Notes under the pieces: generated by a model | Seen by the model: only the letters and a program-made list of their open reading frames with translations | Database searches by the model: none | Told to the model about the DNA's origin: nothing | Source: Leptonemataceae bacterium | GTDB taxonomy: Bacteria > Spirochaetota > Leptospiria > Leptospirales > Leptonemataceae | Reading direction: 5' to 3' | DNA: 64,000 bases | Assembly (NCBI GenBank): GCA_965227295.1 | Contig: OZ245742.1 | Coordinates: 2,816,001 to 2,880,000 of the forward strand | Shown: piece by piece, positions 14,503 through 24,401 of the stretch | How the letters are laid out: each line of letters begins with the position of its first letter | Position numbering within the stretch: position 1 is the stretch's first letter | Program-made: the position numbers and the translations under genes

Positions 14503-15252
14503 ATGTATCTTCTAAAATCCGAAATCCAGAAACTCTATCGGGACGCCGGCGTGGGACCGGGCAGCCACGTGATTCTGCAATCCTCGTACAAAGGCATGGG
14601 CGTGGATGTCGAAGGCAAGGCCGCGGGAATCTTCGATGCCGTCCTCGATCTCGTAGGTTCCGAAGGTTCCGTCATCACTGCCGCCTACAATCACACCTCC
14701 TGGACGGCTCAGCACTACTTTGATATCCGGGAAACGCCGACGGACATCGGTATCGTCGCCGAGTTATTCCGTCAGGACCCGCGGGTGCGTCGTACGAAAC
14801 ATCCCATCCATTCCCTGGCCGTGGCCGGCAAACTCCAGGACGAACTCTGCGAACTGGAGTACACCGACAGCTTCGGTCCGGATTCGGTCTGGACGACTCT
14901 TCTCAAGTATGATGTGATTTGTACGACCATCGGCCTGGGAACGGAGATGGCCTTTCTGCCGTGTCACTATGCGGAGACCCAGGCCGCAGTTCCGTACCGT
15001 CGCTTCAAAAATTTCTCGGGCATCTACGTCGGCGAGGATGGAAGCCCGGCACTGCGCAGCTATGGCTTTCACGTGCGCAAAGATCTTAGCCGACCGCCGG
15101 AGCCCTACGTCGAGGCCCATGGCGTCCTCGTGGATCGCCGCATTGTGCACTTCGCAAAATATCGCAGCGTCCGTATGTACTGGTGCCCGATGCGGGAGTA
15201 TCACGAAAGTTTTCACTCGCTCATCGAAGAAATGCCGGGCCTGTTCCTGTAG
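14503..15252 (+). CDS. AAC(3)/YokD-family N-acetyltransferase
   Basis: VILQSSYKGMG, GIVAELFR, RTKHPIHSLAVAG, SFGPDS, HYAETQAAVPYR. Confidence 0.85.
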   Translation: MYLLKSEIQKLYRDAGVGPGSHVILQSSYKGMGVDVEGKAAGIFDAVLDLVGSEGSVITAAYNHTSWTAQHYFDIRETPTDIGIVAELFRQDPRVRRTKHPIHSLAVAGKLQDELCELEYTDSFGPDSVWTTLLKYDVICTTIGLGTEMAFLPCHYAETQAAVPYRRFKNFSGIYVGEDGSPALRSYGFHVRKDLSRPPEPYVEAHGVLVDRRIVHFAKYRSVRMYWCPMREYHESFHSLIEEMPGLFL

Positions 15253-15364
15253 ACCCCGGGGAACTCAGCGCCGCCCCCGGCAGACTGAAACGGCGCCCAC
15301 CGAGTGGGACTAAACATGCCGCGAAAGAACTGGACGCGAGCGGAATGTTTATTCATTCTTGCTC

Positions 15365-16840
15365 ATGTTCCTGAAAAAACTCCTCTCCGGCCTGGGCGTC
15401 GTCCTGGTCGCTCTCATCGTCATCCTCGGTGTGAACTACGCTCGCTTCACGAGCGAGCAGTATGATGTTCCGCCCCACGAATTTCCGGACTTCGCCGACA
15501 AACTTACACTGGCCGAACGTTTGGGCGCGGCCGTGCGCTACGAGACGATCTCTCGCGAGGATGCCCCCACCCGGGCCGACGTCTTCCGGGACTTCCACGG
15601 CTTTCTTGCGCGAAGCTTTCCGCGCGTGCACCGCGAAATGAAACGTGAGGTCGTCGCCGACTACAGCCTGGTCTTCGAATGGCAGGGCAGTGAATCGGAG
15701 CTCCTGCCGCTGCTCTTTATGGCGCACATGGATGTGGTGCCCGTGGGTCTGAACACGGGCTGGGAGTTCGCGCCGTTCGGCGGCGAGGTGAAAGATGGTT
15801 TTATTCTGGGGCGGGGCACGCTGGACGATAAGGGCGGCGTGATGGCCGTACTGGAAGCGGCGGAGTCCTTGCTCGCGGAGGGCTATCGTCCGCGGCGGAC
15901 GATCTACATTGCCCTGGGACACGACGAGGAGAAGGCGGGGACCCAGGGCGCCGGGAACATCGGCAAACTGTTTGCGGAACGCGGGTTGCGCTTTGCTATG
16001 ATCCAGGACGAGGGCATGCCGATCTCCGTGGGCCTGGTGCCGGGCGTGGACGAGCCGGTGGCATTGATCGGCATTGCGCAGAAGGGCGAGGGCTCGCTGG
16101 AACTTACGGTGAGCGGGGAGTCCGGTCACTCGTCCATGCCGCCACCGTCGACGACCGTCGGCCGCCTGGCCCGCGCGGTGGCGCGCATCGAAGAGCATCC
16201 CATGCCCGGCGGTCTGGCGGGACCGGTGGCGATGTTGTTCAACCAGGTGGGCCCGGAGATGAGCTTCGGTCAGCGCCTGGCCTTTGCGAATCGCTGGCTG
16301 TTCGGTCCCATCATTCAATCACAACTCGAAAGCAAACCGAGCACGAACGCCGCGCTGCGCACGACCCTCGCGCCGACGATGTTTCGCGGCTCGAATAAGG
16401 ACAACATCCTGCCCGTGCAGTCCAGCGCCGTCGTGAACATGCGCATCCATCCGCGCGACAGCATCGCATCGGTGGTGGAGCACGTGAAGGCGGTGATGGA
16501 CGATCCGGAGATTCAGGTGCGCGTTATGGACGGGGCTCAGGAACCCTCCGCTGTTTCGCCGCCGGATTCACCGGCCTACTCGGCGCTCGCGAAGTCCATC
16601 CGCGAAACGTTTCCCGAGGTGCGCTTGATCGCCCCGGCACTCTTCGTGGCCATCTCCGACACGCGTCACGTTAAGGATCTTTCGGATAACATTTACCGTT
16701 TTCATCCGCTCTGGCTCACGTCGGAAGACCTGAAACGCCTGCACGGGCCGAACGAACGCATCAGCGTGGACCACTACTTCGGTTACGTGAAGTTCATGCG
16801 CCGGCTCATTCAGAACGGGGATGCCATGGACGGTGAGTGA
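15365..16840 (+). CDS. M20 family peptidase/amidohydrolase (carboxypeptidase S / PM20D1-like)
   Basis: MAHMDVVP, GRGTLDDKG, GHDEE, QDEG, GHSSMPP, HGPNE; N-terminal membrane anchor. Confidence 0.92.
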   Translation: MFLKKLLSGLGVVLVALIVILGVNYARFTSEQYDVPPHEFPDFADKLTLAERLGAAVRYETISREDAPTRADVFRDFHGFLARSFPRVHREMKREVVADYSLVFEWQGSESELLPLLFMAHMDVVPVGLNTGWEFAPFGGEVKDGFILGRGTLDDKGGVMAVLEAAESLLAEGYRPRRTIYIALGHDEEKAGTQGAGNIGKLFAERGLRFAMIQDEGMPISVGLVPGVDEPVALIGIAQKGEGSLELTVSGESGHSSMPPPSTTVGRLARAVARIEEHPMPGGLAGPVAMLFNQVGPEMSFGQRLAFANRWLFGPIIQSQLESKPSTNAALRTTLAPTMFRGSNKDNILPVQSSAVVNMRIHPRDSIASVVEHVKAVMDDPEIQVRVMDGAQEPSAVSPPDSPAYSALAKSIRETFPEVRLIAPALFVAISDTRHVKDLSDNIYRFHPLWLTSEDLKRLHGPNERISVDHYFGYVKFMRRLIQNGDAMDGE

Positions 16841-16846
16841 CGGAGT

Positions 16847-17545
16847 CTATTGCTGACGAGAGGCGTCGTGGATCGCTTCGATGAGCTGCGAGGGTTCGCG
16901 GGCGATGTAGTCCGGAATGGGGTCCACGGGGGCCTCGGCGTTGTAGCCCCAGGCGCACCAGATGGCCGTGGCGTCGAAGAAGCGGGCGGCCTGCATGTCG
17001 CCGGCGGTGTCGCCGATCATAAAGGCGCGGTGTTCGGGATTGTCTGCGTCAAAGCCCTCGTCCGCGGCGATGGTGCGCATGGGACCCGGGGCGGGCTTGG
17101 TTTCCTGGAACGTATCGCAGCCGACGATGTACCGAAAGTAGCGCGAGACCTCGAGTTCCAGCAACAGCTTGCGCGAATGTTTTTCGGGTTTGTTGGTATA
17201 GAGGGCGAGGGTGCCCACGTCCGCGAGTTCGGCGACGGCTTCTTTGATGCCGGGATACAACACCGTATGCACGGCGACGTTTTCTAAGTAGTCGGCCTCG
17301 TAGGCCTGCTGGATGCGTTCCAGGGTTTCGAGATCGCGCTCACCGCCGACGGGACCCGCGCCTTCGAACATTTCGGCGAAGCAGTTGCGGTACAGGTACT
17401 CCATGCCGCGGTTTACGTGGCGGACCCAGTCCTCTTCTTCCCCGGCATCGAGGCCGAAGCCGTGGCGCACGGTTTGCACGGACTGCGCCATGTCCTTGCG
17501 GCTGTCTTCGAGAGTGCCGTCGAGATCACAAAAAATTAGATTCAT
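16847..17545 (-). CDS. HAD-superfamily phosphatase (phosphoglycolate phosphatase-like)
   Basis: DLDGTLEDS, YTNK, KPAP, MIGDTAGD. Confidence 0.9.
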   Translation of the reverse strand: MNLIFCDLDGTLEDSRKDMAQSVQTVRHGFGLDAGEEEDWVRHVNRGMEYLYRNCFAEMFEGAGPVGGERDLETLERIQQAYEADYLENVAVHTVLYPGIKEAVAELADVGTLALYTNKPEKHSRKLLLELEVSRYFRYIVGCDTFQETKPAPGPMRTIAADEGFDADNPEHRAFMIGDTAGDMQAARFFDATAIWCAWGYNAEAPVDPIPDYIAREPSQLIEAIHDASRQQ

Positions 17546-17637
17546 GAAGAGGGTTTGGAACTCCGGGGACCGAGGTACCGAGGGTTAAGATGGGAGGGGT
17601 GTCGGTCGGTGGGGGTTAATTTGCAATTGTGTTTTCT

Positions 17638-18024
17638 TTATCGCTGATGCCGCGCCAGGTCTTCCAGGCTGCCCTTCGCGTCTCCGTGTTCGGTGACGCT
17701 GCGCTCGCCCGTGGTGCTGCCTTTGAACGCCGAGAACTCCTCGCCGTTGTGCGAGATGACCTCGTGCGGTACACCGCCGGGAATGAGCAGGATGTCGCCG
17801 GCCTCGATGGTGACCGGTCCGTCGTCGAAGTGAAACGTCGTGACGCCTTTTACGGCGCCGCGGATTTCGTCGTAGTCGTGCGAGTGCCGGCTGCGTTCGA
17901 ACCAGCCGGGAATGGTTTGTAGATCGTAAGTTGCGTAGCCGTGGCGGTCCATCTCAGCGCGCACACTTGCTTCCGTGGGGCTTTCTTTATGGGGCCACTT
18001 GAATACTTTCACACCGGGGGGCAT
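17638..18024 (-). CDS. Cupin domain protein
   Basis: HSHDYDE and GDILLIPGGVPHEV cupin motifs. Confidence 0.85.
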   Translation of the reverse strand: MPPGVKVFKWPHKESPTEASVRAEMDRHGYATYDLQTIPGWFERSRHSHDYDEIRGAVKGVTTFHFDDGPVTIEAGDILLIPGGVPHEVISHNGEEFSAFKGSTTGERSVTEHGDAKGSLEDLARHQR

Positions 18025-18098
18025 AGGATCCCTCACTTGGAGGACACGGACGGCCGAAGCCGTCGCGGTCTGTACTGAAAATGGAAAGGGGGGCGATT

Positions 18099-18284
18099 TT
18101 AGAAATCGTGAGCGCGCAGGGTGGTGCGCTTGTTTTCCTTCGTGCGTTTTACCGCGTTCTGGATGAGTTCGTAGATTTTGTTGTTTAACTCGTCAAGGGC
18201 GTCGGCGGACACCATGCAGCCTTCGGCCTTAATGACAGCCTTGGTTTTACTGGCCACGATCAGAGTTTCGCGTTCTTCGGACAT
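18099..18284 (-). CDS. Bacterial histone-fold protein (Bd0055/Leptospira histone-like)
   Basis: 61 aa; LIVASKTKAVIK...VSADALDELN...AVKRTKENKRTTLRAHDF carries the histone-fold R-x-T...D signature. Confidence 0.88.
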   Translation of the reverse strand: MSEERETLIVASKTKAVIKAEGCMVSADALDELNNKIYELIQNAVKRTKENKRTTLRAHDF

Positions 18285-18445
18285 ATGTTCTTCCGTTTCT
18301 CTTAGCAGTAGATTGTGCCGGATATCGATTGACGGGACTTCCGTCGCCGGGCATCGGCATATATTTCAGACGCACATCCGGATTTCAAGCGGAAAATCCG
18401 GGCAAATACCGGCCTTTCGGGCCGGTTCGCGGAGGCAGCCAGAGT

Positions 18446-19441
18446 ATGCGCATCGGAGTCACCGGCGGGGCCGGCTACATCGGCAGTCACATTGTCCTCG
18501 ATCTCCTGGAGGCCGGGCACGAGGTCCTGGTTCTGGACGATATGTCCACCGCCAATCCCCGGAACATCTTCCGGGAGAGGGAGGGGTACTCGTTTCTGGA
18601 AGGGGACTCGGGCAAGACCGCCGATCTGGAGCGCTTTTTCGAATTCGGTCCCGAGGCGATCTTTCATTTCGCGGCCCGGAAAGCCGCCGGCGAATCCATG
18701 ACGAACCCGGCGAAGTACTCGGCGAACAATTTACGCGGGACGCTGCGGTTGATTGAAGCGGCGGCGCAGTTCGAGTGCCGCTACTTTATTTTCAGTTCGT
18801 CCGCCGCGGTCTACGGCGAGCCGGAGTATCTGCCGCTGGACGAAAAACATCCGCTGAATCCCATCAACTATTACGGCTTCACCAAACTCGCCGTCGAACA
18901 GAATCTACAGTGGTTCTCGCAACTCACGCCCATGCGGTACGCGGCGCTGCGTTACTTCAACGCCGCCGGCTACGATCTGCACGGGCGGGTGCGCGGCATC
19001 GAGGTGACGACGGCGAACTTATTGCCGCTGGTGATGGAAGCGGCCATCGGTCAGCGCAAAGAGATTCAGGTCTACGGTCGCGACTACGATACGCCGGACG
19101 GTACGTGTCTGCGTGATTACATTCACGTAAACGATCTCTCCCGCGCGCACATCCTGGCGATGGAAACGATTATGGCCGAAAACAAAAGCCTGGCCGTGAA
19201 CCTGGGTTCGGGAGAAGAGCTGTCGGTTCAGCAGATGCTGGATACGGCGCGGCGGGTGACCGGTCGCGAGATTCCGTCCACCGACGTGGCCCGCCGCCCG
19301 GGCGATCCGCCGCGGCTGGTGGCCTCGTCGGCGCTCGCGAAAGAGGTCCTGGGCTGGGAGGCCGAGCACTCGGACGCGGAGACGTTGTGTAAGACGATGT
19401 GGGATGTATATCGTGCCGCGGAAGTCGAAGGCGTGGTTTGA
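18446..19441 (+). CDS. galE: UDP-glucose 4-epimerase
   Basis: VTGGAGYIGSH, FSSSAAVYG, YGFTK, LRYFNAAG, DGTCLRDYIHV, RRPGDP. Confidence 0.95.
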   Translation: MRIGVTGGAGYIGSHIVLDLLEAGHEVLVLDDMSTANPRNIFREREGYSFLEGDSGKTADLERFFEFGPEAIFHFAARKAAGESMTNPAKYSANNLRGTLRLIEAAAQFECRYFIFSSSAAVYGEPEYLPLDEKHPLNPINYYGFTKLAVEQNLQWFSQLTPMRYAALRYFNAAGYDLHGRVRGIEVTTANLLPLVMEAAIGQRKEIQVYGRDYDTPDGTCLRDYIHVNDLSRAHILAMETIMAENKSLAVNLGSGEELSVQQMLDTARRVTGREIPSTDVARRPGDPPRLVASSALAKEVLGWEAEHSDAETLCKTMWDVYRAAEVEGVV

Positions 19442-19450
19442 AATCGTTTT

Positions 19451-19524
19451 GCCACAGAGGCACAGAGGGCACAGAGTTTTGTTCTGGTATTTAAGTCTTA
19501 GAGGGGGAGCGAAGCGCCCCCTCC
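19451..19524. repeat. CACAGAG x3 short repeat plus GC hairpin
   Basis: GCCACAGAGGCACAGAGGGCACAGAG at 19451-19476; GAGGGGGAGC-GAA-GCGCCCCCTC at 19501-19523. Confidence 0.6.
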
Positions 19525-19529
19525 TGAAA

Positions 19530-20414
19530 ATGTATTACGCCATTTTCTGTTTCGGGGCCTTGCTGTTTGCCGGTTGCTCCGGTCGCGATGCGCAGGTGGA
19601 CGCGGCGCGGGCGTTGCTTGACGCCGGTAAGTTTGATCAGGCCTTTGAGGCCTATCAGATGCTCTATCAACAGGCGCGGCGGCGGGATGCCGGGACCTTA
19701 GGTGGTCTTGGGTTGATCTTAACGATGCGTCCCGCGTCGCTCTTCGCGGGCGCCGATCTCATTCGGGAGTCGCTGAAGAAACGCGACGATCCGGAGTTGC
19801 GCGAGGAACTGGTGCTTGCCTACCTGGCCGTGGATCGCTTCGGTCCGGCGAAGGCGTTGATTGATCCGGAGGTGTTGTCCATTGAGGAGCTCTACAGTCC
19901 GGCGGTGATTCGGTTGCGCCTCGGCCTCGGTTGCCTCGAGAACCCGAACCGGTATCGTTTGAAAAACCTGAGCGAGTTGCCGGAACATCCGCGGCGGGAT
20001 TTTTATTTTGCGTTGTGTGCGGCGCGAGCCGCGGCCGCGGCGCCGCCGGCAACGAAAGACGAGGCGCGCGATGCGGCCTTCGCGGCGCTGGAGAAAGTGA
20101 GCGATCCGGCGTTGCGTTGTGATCTGGCGGCCTTCTGGCCGCGCGAGGTCTTTCCCGGCGACGACTCCGACTTCGGCGAGCGTGAACTGGAGCGCTGTCG
20201 CACGGCGTTCCCCGGTCGGGTGGCGGTGCATCGCGTGGTGCCGGAGAATTTGCCGGAACCGGGGGCGAACGGCGATCGCGCGTCCGTGTTGTTCGAGAAC
20301 CGGCCTTTTGATCCCGAGGATCCCGGCGCCGAGTACGACAAACCCCCGGTCTTCTGGCGCGCCGAATCGTTGCGCGAACAGTTCTTTAAAGACCAGGTCG
20401 AAGATCGAGAGTGA
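19530..20414 (+). CDS. Hypothetical TPR-like lipoprotein
   Basis: Lipobox FAGC; helical repeats (ARALLDAGKFDQAFEAY). Confidence 0.7.
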   Translation: MYYAIFCFGALLFAGCSGRDAQVDAARALLDAGKFDQAFEAYQMLYQQARRRDAGTLGGLGLILTMRPASLFAGADLIRESLKKRDDPELREELVLAYLAVDRFGPAKALIDPEVLSIEELYSPAVIRLRLGLGCLENPNRYRLKNLSELPEHPRRDFYFALCAARAAAAAPPATKDEARDAAFAALEKVSDPALRCDLAAFWPREVFPGDDSDFGERELERCRTAFPGRVAVHRVVPENLPEPGANGDRASVLFENRPFDPEDPGAEYDKPPVFWRAESLREQFFKDQVEDRE

Positions 20415-21557
20415 CTACCGGAAAGTTCGATTCGTTCGCACACGCCCCGAATCGTGGTGTAAGTGGCGGTCAGTTTGCATTAAGACTTTTTTGGGTACGG
20501 CTGGTTCCAGCAGATGAACGGAGGTCATGCCGGGGAATGTGGTGAGGCGCACCGGAACGGCGTCTTCGTCGTAAGAAACGTTCCGATCGCTGAGTCACAA
20601 ACCGACGTCCGGGTCGAGGCGGACAATCTTTGCAAAACGAATCACCACAACTCCCGCTTCGCTGTAGCCAAATCAATCCCTTCACCATTGCGCAACTTAC
20701 CTTATGTGTCTCACGGCCACCGCCGCGAACCGCAGCTCCATAGAGTTTGATTCGTTCGAGCACGCCCCGAATCGTGGTGTAAGTGGCGGTCAGTTTGCAT
20801 TAAGACTTTTTTGGGTACGGCTGGTTCCAGCAGATGAACGGAGGTTATGCCGGGGGACGTGGTAAGGCGCACCGGAACGGCGTCTTCGTCGTAAGAAACG
20901 TTCCGATCGCTGAGTCACAAACCGACGTCCGGGTCGAGGTGGACAATCTTTGCAAAACGAATCACCACAACTCCCGCTTCGCTGTAGCCAAATCAATCCC
21001 TTCACCATTGCGCAACTTACCTTATGTGTCTCACGGCCACCGCCGCGAGCCACAGCTCTTGAACTACCGGAGAGTTTGATTCGTTCGAGCACGCCCCGAA
21101 TCGTGGTGTAAGTAACGGCCAGTGTACATTAAGGCTTTTATGGGTACGGCTGGTTCCAGCTGACGAACGGAGGTTGTGCCGGGGAGCATGGTAAGGCGGA
21201 CCGGAACGGCGTCTTCGTCGTAAGAAACGTTCCGATCGCTGAGTCACAAACCGACGTCCGGGTCGAGGCGGACAATCTTTGCAAAACGAATCACCACAAC
21301 TCCGAAGAGCCGTAGCCAAATCAATCCCTTCACCATTGCGCAACTTACCTTATGTGTCTCACGGCCACCGCCGCGAGCCACAGCTCTTGAACTACCGGAG
21401 AGTTTGATTCGTTCGAGCATGCCCCGAATCGTGGTGTAAGTGGCGGTCAGTTTGCATTAAGACTTTTATGGGTACGGCTGGTTCCAGCTGACGTGCGGAG
21501 GTCATGCCGGGGGGCGTGGTAGGGCGCACCGGAACGGCGTCTTCGCCGCAAGAAACG
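20414..21557. repeat. Tandem array of ~320-329-bp units, about 3.5 copies
   Basis: GATTCGTTCG recurs at 20429, 20749, 21078 and 21406 (periods 320, 329, 328); copy 4 diverges after about 21557. Confidence 0.95.
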
Positions 21558-21672
21558 CAGTGGGACGTCGGCGCGGGTGCGCCTTCGCGCCCGGCCTTCG
21601 CCACGAAGGGCAAGCTTTCGCGATTGACAACGATTTCGCCGCGTGCTCTTTCTGGCCGGCGCGGAGGGTGTC

Positions 21673-22368
21673 ATGAAACAAAATCAAATCATCATTTTAT
21701 TTGCGATCATTGCGGTGGTCGTGGTAGTCTTGATCGTCGTGGTAGCAGGCGGGGGTGAAGACGGCGGTACGGTCGGGGAGAATGTGCCCGGCGGCGGGCC
21801 GGGAGGCAGCGGGGACGACGTCTCGTACTGGGCGGACGCGCCGGCGCCGGCCGCGGATCAGGAGACGCTGGATCGGTATCGCAATCTGTGGCCGGACATT
21901 GACGGACCGAAGCCGGACCGGGCCGAGGTGGAACGCCAGTGGCGGGAGTTCGCCGCGGTGTATCCGGAGAACGTCTACATTCCCTCGCAGTTTCTGCCGG
22001 AATTGAGCGAGGAACAAAAACAGGAACGCCTGGAAACGCTTTCAGCCGTAGGTGCGGTTGAGTCGCAGTTAGCGTCCTCCCGGGCGACGGCGCGCAAAGA
22101 GGCGGCGAACATTTCCGACGAGAACCCGCCGAAGAACCTGGAGGGACCCGACGCACCGTCGGAGCCCACGGTAAGCCCGGAGCAGCAGCGCATGTTTTTT
22201 GCGTACAAGATCCGTGAGCTGGAGTCGCGCATTCAGATTGTGGAGTACACGCTGCAAAAGGGCCGGCTCGACGCGGAGCAAACGGCCGGCGCGAAAGAAG
22301 AGATCGCGGCGTGGAAGAATAAGATCGCCGAGTACGAAAAGGTGGCGGCGACGATTCCGGAAGAGTGA
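21673..22368 (+). CDS. Hypothetical membrane-anchored protein
   Basis: GGAGG RBS, N-terminal TM helix, helical C-terminus. Confidence 0.75.
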   Translation: MKQNQIIILFAIIAVVVVVLIVVVAGGGEDGGTVGENVPGGGPGGSGDDVSYWADAPAPAADQETLDRYRNLWPDIDGPKPDRAEVERQWREFAAVYPENVYIPSQFLPELSEEQKQERLETLSAVGAVESQLASSRATARKEAANISDENPPKNLEGPDAPSEPTVSPEQQRMFFAYKIRELESRIQIVEYTLQKGRLDAEQTAGAKEEIAAWKNKIAEYEKVAATIPEE

Positions 22369-22604
22369 GGCGCATACACGTGTTCCTGTCCCGGCTCGTG
22401 GAATTGGTGCGTGCGAACGTGCCGTCCGGGTTCTGGGTGCGGCAGGAGTTGCCACTGACCCTGTCCGCGTCGGAACCGGAGCCGGACGTGTCCGTGGTTC
22501 GCGGTGCGCCGGGAGACTTTCGAACCGCCGGCGCAGCCCCGCCTGTCGGGGCTGCGCCAGTTGGTTCCCCACCAAGTAGCCCGGCGCCCGGCCGGCGGAA
22601 TTGA
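22365..22604 (+). pseudogene. Uma2/DUF820 endonuclease fragment
   Basis: FWVRQELPLTLSASEPEPDVSVVRG is the Uma2 core; the N-terminus and the downstream E-V/YW motifs are missing. Confidence 0.7.
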
Positions 22605-22732
22605 GCGACGCGCCTTGCGCGTCGTCGAGTTCACAAGTCGCTACGACCGCGACTTGTGCGCGGCCCGGCCGGGCGCAACGCCCAAAGAAATCTCACTGGT
22701 CCCCGCTTTCGAGTGACTTTTTCAGCAGCCTG

Positions 22733-23173
22733 TTAGAGGTACCGGGCGCAGGACGGTTCCGTCTTAAACGTCGGTACTGCTTTTCCGTTCGTCAGATTCG
22801 TTACGCTCACGACTTCGCAGGTGTTGCCTTCGGCCTTGTAGCTGATTTCATACTTTGTGTCGGACGCCGGTTCGAAGCTTGCAAAAGCGAGACAGGCCCC
22901 GCCGCCCTGGGCCTGGAGACCAAAGAAGAATCTCTGGCCGGCCTGAATGCGGTGAGTCGCCTCTTTGGCTTCCTGGAATCTGCCGTTCCAGATGACGGAG
23001 TGATTGGAGCATTGATTGTCGGTAAAATGAAAGAAGAAAAGTCCGGTTGCCCAGGGACTTTCCAGGTCGAGCGTAACTGTTGCCGTCGGGCTGTCCGGTG
23101 GGACGGTGTATCTGGCCAGACAGGCCGTTGTGAACATGAGTAGAGCGACGGGAAAGATGAGCCTGGTTATCAT
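22733..23173 (-). CDS. Hypothetical lipoprotein
   Basis: Signal peptide ending TTAC; AGGAG upstream; 146 aa with several Cys. Confidence 0.65.
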   Translation of the reverse strand: MITRLIFPVALLMFTTACLARYTVPPDSPTATVTLDLESPWATGLFFFHFTDNQCSNHSVIWNGRFQEAKEATHRIQAGQRFFFGLQAQGGGACLAFASFEPASDTKYEISYKAEGNTCEVVSVTNLTNGKAVPTFKTEPSCARYL

Positions 23174-23362
23174 GGGAAAGTCTCCTGAGTAGAATGCGAA
23201 AGATTAGGTGCGTGGCAGGCAAGCGTCAAGTCGATAAGCGCTCAAGATGAATCGAAGTCGCTCATCAGGTTTGCTGATTTTCTTTTCCCCGCCCGGATGA
23301 GCTGATCGGCTGACGCGGGCGCTGTTTCAGTTCGGCATCTTTATGACGATGGTGCTGACCTG

Positions 23363-24259
23363 CTATCCGTTTCCGGTCCAATCCGAACGTATCAAATCGC
23401 CGCGATCCAGCTTTGTGTTTCTTATTTTCAGCAACCATTGATGAGTCGCATGGGCAATGGGAGGAGTGTCGCCGTCGGATCGTTCGAGGATGTGAACCAA
23501 CAAATGGTTTGCTCCAATGAGCTCGATGATTCCGATAAACCGCCAGGAATCTTCTTTCTTGATCTCCAGAAGACGTTTCGAGGCCACTTCTTGTAGATTT
23601 GAGTCGATCACTCTCAGAAATCCGGAATTCTCAAAAACAAAGTCGTCGTTGCCCAGCAGGATGGGAGATGAAGCCCCGGCAGTCCTGAGTTTCATTCCTT
23701 TTTCTATTGTGCCGTCTCGATGCAGTCGTACGACGTGGGCTCTTGTGGGGCTGTTTCGGTCTTGTTCGATGACAAAAATGTCCTCTTGCGAGTTGACTAC
23801 GAAGTGGCCGCAGCTCCGCCAGTTTTGAAGCAATTCGCCTTCCCTGTCGTAGAGCCATGAGTCAAACGTATCATAACCTTCCAGGCCGACGATGAATTGC
23901 CCGTTGCTTAACGGTGTGCCGTGACTTCCCTTGATTTCTTTGATGATTTTGCCGTTATCCAGATCAATGATCAAAGCAGGTCCGAGATAGCCCCAGGCAT
24001 GATACTCTTCCGTGTTGGTTGCTACCAGAACTCGGTTCCCTGATTGCCATGCTTTTCTTGCGATGGCGGGGCACAGGATGGGTTGCTCCCAGAGCCGTTT
24101 GCCGTATGAGTCCAGGAGTTGGAGTTCTCTACCGTTTGCAGACAGATGGAGCTCATCGTGAAGGTACAATGAATCCCTGAAATATTGATCCAGCAGATGC
24201 GAATAAATATCTCCGCCTGTGAGTATTTGGTGATCGACGATTTCTAATGTATAACTCAT
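23363..24259 (-). CDS. Hypothetical beta-rich protein
   Basis: 298-aa ORF with visibly lower GC than the flanks; no motif recognised. Confidence 0.65.
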   Translation of the reverse strand: MSYTLEIVDHQILTGGDIYSHLLDQYFRDSLYLHDELHLSANGRELQLLDSYGKRLWEQPILCPAIARKAWQSGNRVLVATNTEEYHAWGYLGPALIIDLDNGKIIKEIKGSHGTPLSNGQFIVGLEGYDTFDSWLYDREGELLQNWRSCGHFVVNSQEDIFVIEQDRNSPTRAHVVRLHRDGTIEKGMKLRTAGASSPILLGNDDFVFENSGFLRVIDSNLQEVASKRLLEIKKEDSWRFIGIIELIGANHLLVHILERSDGDTPPIAHATHQWLLKIRNTKLDRGDLIRSDWTGNG

Positions 24260-24401
24260 GCCGATGCAATTGTGACCGGACCGGTCTGCGAATCAACAGC
24301 ACACGCTTCGATTCGAGAGACCGGCTGATGGATTTCGGGGAAGGTCAAGGAGTCAATGCGCCGGGGCATCTCATAGAGTTTGAAGAGAAGAAATTAGCTG
24401 C

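Noticed and set aside
14503..15252. Aminoglycoside resistance gene aac(3)
   Set aside because: Family-level match only; coupled to DUF4910 with no mobile context.
20414..21557. CRISPR array or repeated small-protein genes
   Set aside because: Units are ~325 bp with no unique spacers, no cas genes are present, and the 78-100-aa ORFs are broken by an indel in copy 3.
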